A stretch of DNA of 64,000 nucleotides from an uncultured Candidatus Actinomarina sp. GTDB lineage: Bacteria; Actinomycetota; Acidimicrobiia; Actinomarinales; Actinomarinaceae. The notes below the pieces were generated by a model. The model searched no databases. It saw only the letters and a program-made list of their open reading frames with translations, and was not told where the DNA came from. The translations under genes and the position numbers were made by a program. Below, piece after piece: positions 58,786 through 64,000 of the stretch (position 1 is its first letter; each line of letters starts with the position of its first letter). The stretch is from NCBI GenBank assembly GCA_902619825.1, contig CACNFT010000003.1, forward strand, positions 10,473-74,472, written 5' to 3'.

Positions 58786-60213
58786 ATGAGAATTGTAAAC
58801 CTGTTTAAGAGTAATTTATTAATTATCCTTATATTTTTGCCACTTCTAGCAAATTTGTTGAATAATATTTTTCAAGATAGTGATATTATCAGCAATTTAT
58901 CATATGTAAATTTAGTCAACTTTTTATCAGTATGTTTGGGTTCTGTTTTTTATTTAAATTTATTTATGAAAATAAATAAATATTTGAAAATTCAGTCAAT
59001 TACGTTGACTTCCTTATTTTTTTTAATAAGCTATTTTTTATTCGACTCAATTTTTGTTTTTCTTTCTAAAAATTTCTCGTTTTCAATTAGTTATTTAATA
59101 GTCAGTTCTTTATGGTTACTAATTCTGATTTTTAAGAAAATTAAAATACTTGATATAAGTAGCATTGGTCTGACATATTTTCTATTTCGATATTTTAATC
59201 ATAAATATTTTGATATCTTATCAAATAATTTAAAATATCAAGAGCTTAACTCAGATGTCCCTTATCAATGGAATCAAATTGTTAGTATGATTTACAATGA
59301 AAATTATTTTTATTCATTAACAAATAATCCTATTAGCGGTCAAGGTTTACTTCTTAGTCATATTCAGGCTTTGTTGTTGAAGATAAACTTTGATACTGAA
59401 AATTTTATTTTTATCAAAAGTAACTATAATTTAATAATTTTTTTCAGTCTTTTATTTATTTTTGATCTTGACATAAAGAAAAAAAATAAAGTAATTTGTT
59501 GCTTGTCTTTTATATTGATTCTCATTAATAATGACTGGCTTTATTATCTTATAACAAATTCTCTTATGTTGGAGGGCCTTGCCAGTCTTCTGTTCGCAGT
59601 ATTTACCTATTATTTCCTTCAATTTTTAACAACTAAAAATAGGGCATCTAAATTCTTCTTTTTATGTTTTGGAAGCCTTGTACTTTCAAAAAATTTTATA
59701 ACTTTAATTGTGTTTTTTTTAATGTTGACGTCTTTATTTTTTTTAAAGAAAAATAAAGACGTAATATATGCTTTTATACCCTATATTTTTTATTTGACAT
59801 ATCAAAGAATATATTCAGCAGAGGTTCAAACTTTTGCATATACAAACGAAATAGATTTTAATAAATTATTATTGGATCTTTTTTATCTTCGCAATCTTGA
59901 ACTTCAAAATATTCTAAATATTTTAAAACAATTTTTAATAGATAAACCAACTAGTTATTTATTTATATTATTTTTCTTAACTAGTGTTTATTACATTTCA
60001 AAATCATCAAAAAGATTTAGTTTCATACAATTAAGCTTCATAATCGTCATATTAAATTACTTACTAGTAAATATACTTTACGTGTCCTATTGGCAAAATG
60101 TAGAATACGAATCTTCATATCGATACATAATAAATACTTTTCATTTAGTTTTTATAACGTTATGTATAAATTTAAATTATTTTGAAGTGTTATCTAAAAA
60201 TAAACGAATTTAA
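58786..60213 (+). CDS. Polytopic membrane protein, possible GT-C enzyme
   Basis: 475 aa, many TM segments, loop SDV...W, late RY motif. Confidence 0.5.
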   Translation: MRIVNLFKSNLLIILIFLPLLANLLNNIFQDSDIISNLSYVNLVNFLSVCLGSVFYLNLFMKINKYLKIQSITLTSLFFLISYFLFDSIFVFLSKNFSFSISYLIVSSLWLLILIFKKIKILDISSIGLTYFLFRYFNHKYFDILSNNLKYQELNSDVPYQWNQIVSMIYNENYFYSLTNNPISGQGLLLSHIQALLLKINFDTENFIFIKSNYNLIIFFSLLFIFDLDIKKKNKVICCLSFILILINNDWLYYLITNSLMLEGLASLLFAVFTYYFLQFLTTKNRASKFFFLCFGSLVLSKNFITLIVFFLMLTSLFFLKKNKDVIYAFIPYIFYLTYQRIYSAEVQTFAYTNEIDFNKLLLDLFYLRNLELQNILNILKQFLIDKPTSYLFILFFLTSVYYISKSSKRFSFIQLSFIIVILNYLLVNILYVSYWQNVEYESSYRYIINTFHLVFITLCINLNYFEVLSKNKRI

Positions 60214-61526
60214 TTTTTAGATTGAATCAATTTTTCAATATTGAAAACCAATATAAGAAAAGTAAAAGTCAAAAAACAATAATATAAAGTTTTACTTAGA
60301 AAGAATAAAAAAAGTTCAACAATATTATTTTCAAGCGACGTGCCTACAAAGTATTGAAGAGGAATTACCGCAAAGGTAATTAAAAATAGTAAAGTCATAT
60401 TTTTATTCAAGAATTTAAATACTGCTAAAAATAATAAAATGTTTAAAGAGAATTTATAGCCATAATTAGAGTAGGAATTTATAAAAATTGAAAGAAATGA
60501 AAATATTATTATCAATAGTGAGTCTTGAGTCTTCCACTCTTTAATTTGAATCTTGAATATAGATGAATACAATTTTTGTCTTAAGATAAATAATGAAATT
60601 AAAAATATGGACAAAGAGGTAATAAATATATATAAATACACTGTATTTATCGACTCTAAAAGAGTGAGGTCGTGGAAGAGACCAAATGTATTAACTTTTG
60701 ATATTGGACTAGGAACTGAAATATTGAGTGAGTTGTAATACCACAAAAGTACAACCGTATTAATTAAAGATACAATTGTAATTTTTTTTATATTTTCATA
60801 ATCTTTGCTTATCAATTTATAGACTATTACACCAAATAAGATAAAAATTGGATAAATTTTAAATAGTGTAAGCAAAGTCAAGAAAAACATATATAAATTG
60901 CTAGCTAAAAATTTTTCGTTTTTGAATAAAATCAAGAAATAAAAAATAAAAATAATGTCATGATTTAATGTTTGAAATAAAAATAGGAATGGTGGAAAGG
61001 TAATCAATAAATTTAAGAATAAAAAATTGTTATTTTTTTGTTTATAAATTAAGTAAATCATAGTTGAGAAAGTAATAACAAATATAAAGATAGATGATGT
61101 CCATGGATTTAATGTAATATTAAATTGCCTTGCAAAAGGGCCGTAAATGTATTCTGAAAACGGACCAAAGCCCAATGAAATACATTCCATTTTTTCAGTA
61201 GTAAATTTATAGGTGTAATGTAGGCTCCAATCAACCTGGCAATTTAACTTAAATAAAAATAGTTGCATATCCCAAAAAATTGACTTATTTTGATGTATAA
61301 AAATTGTGATGATTCTTAGTAAATAAAAAAATATTGGAAAAAATTTTAATAAGTTTACATTAGTTTTAGTCAACCAATTTTTATTTTTAGAGTTAAATAA
61401 GTAAATAAAAAATAATATCGATATCAAAATGAAATACTCATAAAAAAAATTACTGAGTAAATACAGACAAGCAATAAAAACCGTAGCTACCGTACTCAAT
61501 TTGAAAATTTTTAACTCATTAATCAT
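60210..61526 (-). CDS. Polytopic membrane protein, GT87-like
   Basis: FWD, PPFLF....N.D, KIYP motifs among TM segments. Confidence 0.5.
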   Translation of the reverse strand: MINELKIFKLSTVATVFIACLYLLSNFFYEYFILISILFFIYLFNSKNKNWLTKTNVNLLKFFPIFFYLLRIITIFIHQNKSIFWDMQLFLFKLNCQVDWSLHYTYKFTTEKMECISLGFGPFSEYIYGPFARQFNITLNPWTSSIFIFVITFSTMIYLIYKQKNNNFLFLNLLITFPPFLFLFQTLNHDIIFIFYFLILFKNEKFLASNLYMFFLTLLTLFKIYPIFILFGVIVYKLISKDYENIKKITIVSLINTVVLLWYYNSLNISVPSPISKVNTFGLFHDLTLLESINTVYLYIFITSLSIFLISLFILRQKLYSSIFKIQIKEWKTQDSLLIIIFSFLSIFINSYSNYGYKFSLNILLFLAVFKFLNKNMTLLFLITFAVIPLQYFVGTSLENNIVELFLFFLSKTLYYCFLTFTFLILVFNIEKLIQSKN

Positions 61527-61667
61527 GTGTTCATTGTAATTTTATTTTTTTAATTTATTGGACTTACTTTTATTTCTATTTGAATAAATAAATGATGAGT
61601 TAACAAAAATTTAATTTATGACTTTCTTATTTGATATGAATAACTAGACAATGTGTAATATGGTTGT

Positions 61668-62654
61668 ATGAAAACTGCACTAGTCCTCGGAGGTGGTGGT
61701 TTTATTGGAAGCCACATGGTAACTCAATTAAAAAATGAAGGTTATTTTGTAAGAGCCTTAGATGTTAAGTTACCAGAATTTTCAACAACTAGCGCTGATG
61801 AATTCGAAGTCTATGACCTTACTAACCCAGAAAAATATGAAGACTTTTTTACAATAAATAACTCTTGTTTTGATGAAATCTATCAGTATGCAGCAGATAT
61901 GGGAGGAGCAGGTTATATATTTAGTGGTGAAAATGACTCTAGTGTTATGACAAACTCATCATTGGTCAACCTAAATACTCTCAAAACTATAGTGACATTG
62001 AATAATAAATATGAAACAAATAAAAGTAGAGTTTTCTACGCAAGTTCAGCTTGTATTTATCCTGAGCATAATCAATTAGACCCTGAGAATCCAAATTGCT
62101 CAGAAGATTCAGCATATCCGGCTATGCCAGATTCTGAATACGGATGGGAAAAACTTTTTTCTGAAAGACTTTATCTCAGTTATGCAAGAAATTTTTCCAT
62201 AAATGTAAGGATTGCTAGATTTCATAACATATTTGGCCCTGAAGGTACATATGATGGTGGAAAAGAAAAAGTACCTGCTGCAATTTGTAGAAAAGTTGCT
62301 TTATCAAATGGTGAAATAGAAGTTTGGGGTGATGGAAAACAAACAAGATCTTTTCTTTTTATTGATGAGTGTATAAATGCTACAAGAAAATTAATGCTAT
62401 CAAATGAGACTGGCCCTTTTAATATCGGATCAGAAGAAATGGTGTCAATAAACGAATTAGTTGATATCGTCGCCGATGTTGCTGGCAAGAATATAACAAT
62501 AAAACATATTGATGGACCATTAGGTGTTAGAGGTAGAAACTCAGACAATAAATTAATAAAAGAGAAATTAAATTGGGATTATAAAATGTCATTAAAGGAC
62601 GGAATCAAAATAACTTATGACTGGATAGAGAAACAGCTTTTAAATATTGAGTAA
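61668..62654 (+). CDS. NAD-dependent nucleotide-sugar epimerase, GDP-mannose 3,5-epimerase-like
   Basis: GGGGFIG, AADMGGAG, SSACIYP, YGWEK, RFHNIFGP, EKVPAAICRK, GVRGRNSDN. Confidence 0.85.
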   Translation: MKTALVLGGGGFIGSHMVTQLKNEGYFVRALDVKLPEFSTTSADEFEVYDLTNPEKYEDFFTINNSCFDEIYQYAADMGGAGYIFSGENDSSVMTNSSLVNLNTLKTIVTLNNKYETNKSRVFYASSACIYPEHNQLDPENPNCSEDSAYPAMPDSEYGWEKLFSERLYLSYARNFSINVRIARFHNIFGPEGTYDGGKEKVPAAICRKVALSNGEIEVWGDGKQTRSFLFIDECINATRKLMLSNETGPFNIGSEEMVSINELVDIVADVAGKNITIKHIDGPLGVRGRNSDNKLIKEKLNWDYKMSLKDGIKITYDWIEKQLLNIE

Positions 62655-63531
62655 ATTTTTAGTTATTTTAACTGGCTCTCCAAGAGGAGGTCTTAAAACC
62701 TGGAATAGTCTATTCAAAAATATTATTGATCCATTGAATGCGGATTTAGCTATATGTTTTGGCAACAAATTTTTGGAAAAAGATAACTCATTATTGGTTA
62801 AAAAAGCTACTCACGATTGGACTTTTGAGGAACCAAATAATTGGTCAACATATTATCAAGATAATTATTCAAAAAAAGCTATAGATTTTCTAATATCTGG
62901 TTCAGATTATGGAATGGCAGGTGGAATAGACGACAACACTGGTTCAGGAGCTATCGTTAGTGCATTAAAAGATATAATATATAAAAATCATATCAAAATA
63001 GTAGAAGATTACGATTTTGTAATTCATACAAGAGCTGATCAATATTACGTGGATAAATTACCAGAAATAAAAGATAATGAAATCCTTATTCCAAGTGGTG
63101 AAGACTATTTTGGAATTTGTGACAGGTTTATATTATTTCATAGTAAATTTGCAAAAAATTATTTCAGCTTATGTAATTTCTTAGAAAATGCACAAGATAA
63201 GAATTTAGCGCCAGATTTTGTGACACCAGAAAGTGTCCTACTTTCCCACCTTAAAAATGAAAATTTGTATTCAAATGTAAAAAGAATAGACCGATTTAAT
63301 TTTACAGTTACATTAAAAAACGAACACACCCGCTGGAGAGTTGCAAAATATAATTTATACCTAAAAAATCTTATGATAAAGTATCCTGATGAGTTTTTAG
63401 ACTCGATGGAAAATTTACGAAAAAAATATGGTTTTTATAGATTCTTATTAAAAGATATTGTTTTAGCTTTAAATTTTTACTACCTTGTCTTACGTAAAGT
63501 TCTTGGCAAACTTAAGAAACTATTTTCTTAA
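62647..63531 (+). CDS. Hypothetical protein, possibly glycan-modifying
   Basis: LTGSPR, YDFVIHTRAD, GICDRF, PESVL motifs; overlaps epimerase gene. Confidence 0.5.
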   Translation: MSKFLVILTGSPRGGLKTWNSLFKNIIDPLNADLAICFGNKFLEKDNSLLVKKATHDWTFEEPNNWSTYYQDNYSKKAIDFLISGSDYGMAGGIDDNTGSGAIVSALKDIIYKNHIKIVEDYDFVIHTRADQYYVDKLPEIKDNEILIPSGEDYFGICDRFILFHSKFAKNYFSLCNFLENAQDKNLAPDFVTPESVLLSHLKNENLYSNVKRIDRFNFTVTLKNEHTRWRVAKYNLYLKNLMIKYPDEFLDSMENLRKKYGFYRFLLKDIVLALNFYYLVLRKVLGKLKKLFS

Positions 63532-64000
63532 TAGCGTTATTGGATTTGTATAGTCTATGTTTAAATCTTGTTCTTCAATTTTGAAATTGTGAGTTTCAGC
63601 AAGATTTAAAAAATTTTTTATTCCTACCCAATACCATCTTCCTGGAAAGGGTTTGCCATTACTGTCTTTTAAAGCATCTTTAATTAACTTATTGTTTGAG
63701 AGTTTGTAAATAAATTTTTTTTCTGGCAGATATTGGATTACATGGTTCCTATTTTCAGGTTCGCTATTTATATATTTAGCAGGATCAGCATACATTATCA
63801 AAAGTTTTGATCCAGGTTTGCATTTTTTATTTAAAGATTTTAAATAAGCTTCAACTCCAGATTGAGATATATGACAGAAAACATCATAACTAAATACAAA
63901 GTCTATTGAGTTGTTTTCAATGTGATCTAAGGAAAAATCTAAGTTTTGTTTATATTTAACTTTTTTTTTGCTTTCTTCTCCCATATATTCCCAAAAACTA
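63520..64000 (-). CDS. Class I SAM-dependent methyltransferase (5' end probably outside window)
   Basis: SIDFVFSYDVFCH, KPGSKLLI; SAM-binding motif I not seen in the window. Confidence 0.7.
   Translation of the reverse strand, partial: SFWEYMGEESKKKVKYKQNLDFSLDHIENNSIDFVFSYDVFCHISQSGVEAYLKSLNKKCKPGSKLLIMYADPAKYINSEPENRNHVIQYLPEKKFIYKLSNNKLIKDALKDSNGKPFPGRWYWVGIKNFLNLAETHNFKIEEQDLNIDYTNPITLLRK

Noticed and set aside
543..62548. Numerous short ORFs antisense to or inside long genes (e.g. 1650..2099, 20725..21207, 34556..35086, 38345..38614, 39210..39428)
   Set aside because: Shadow frames of well-supported genes with no motifs; the two identical ones simply mirror the 197-bp repeat

Overview
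AT-rich, gene-dense bacterial chromosome segment. Gene content (mshA-like glycosyltransferase, actinobacterial-type acyl-CoA carboxylase and enoyl reductase, many apparently leaderless genes, very short spacers) suggests a streamlined marine actinobacterium such as Ca. Actinomarina; this is inference, not a database result. In order it carries rplY, an ABC exporter, tRNA-Arg(CCT), cspA, a biotin/ACC/FAS-II cluster, ppdK divergent from an archaeal-type GAPDH homolog, a three-gene transhydrogenase, assorted hydrolases, a 9-kb divergent respiratory locus, rimB/rimK, mshA, NrdR-controlled class II ribonucleotide reductase, and a very AT-rich surface-glycosylation region containing tRNA-Val(TAC). 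Two things stand out. (1) The respiratory locus pairs a b6f-style Rieske/cytochrome b complex plus a 2x[4Fe-4S] ferredoxin with a cbb3-oxidase-like arm whose subunit I lacks the metal-binding histidines; three subunits share a small N-terminal domain, two copies of it identical over 197 bp. (2) A 788-bp integrase-less single-gene cassette sits at the 3' end of tRNA-Val, bounded by att-like repeats and carrying putative recombinase arm-type repeats. All family assignments come from motif recognition by eye.
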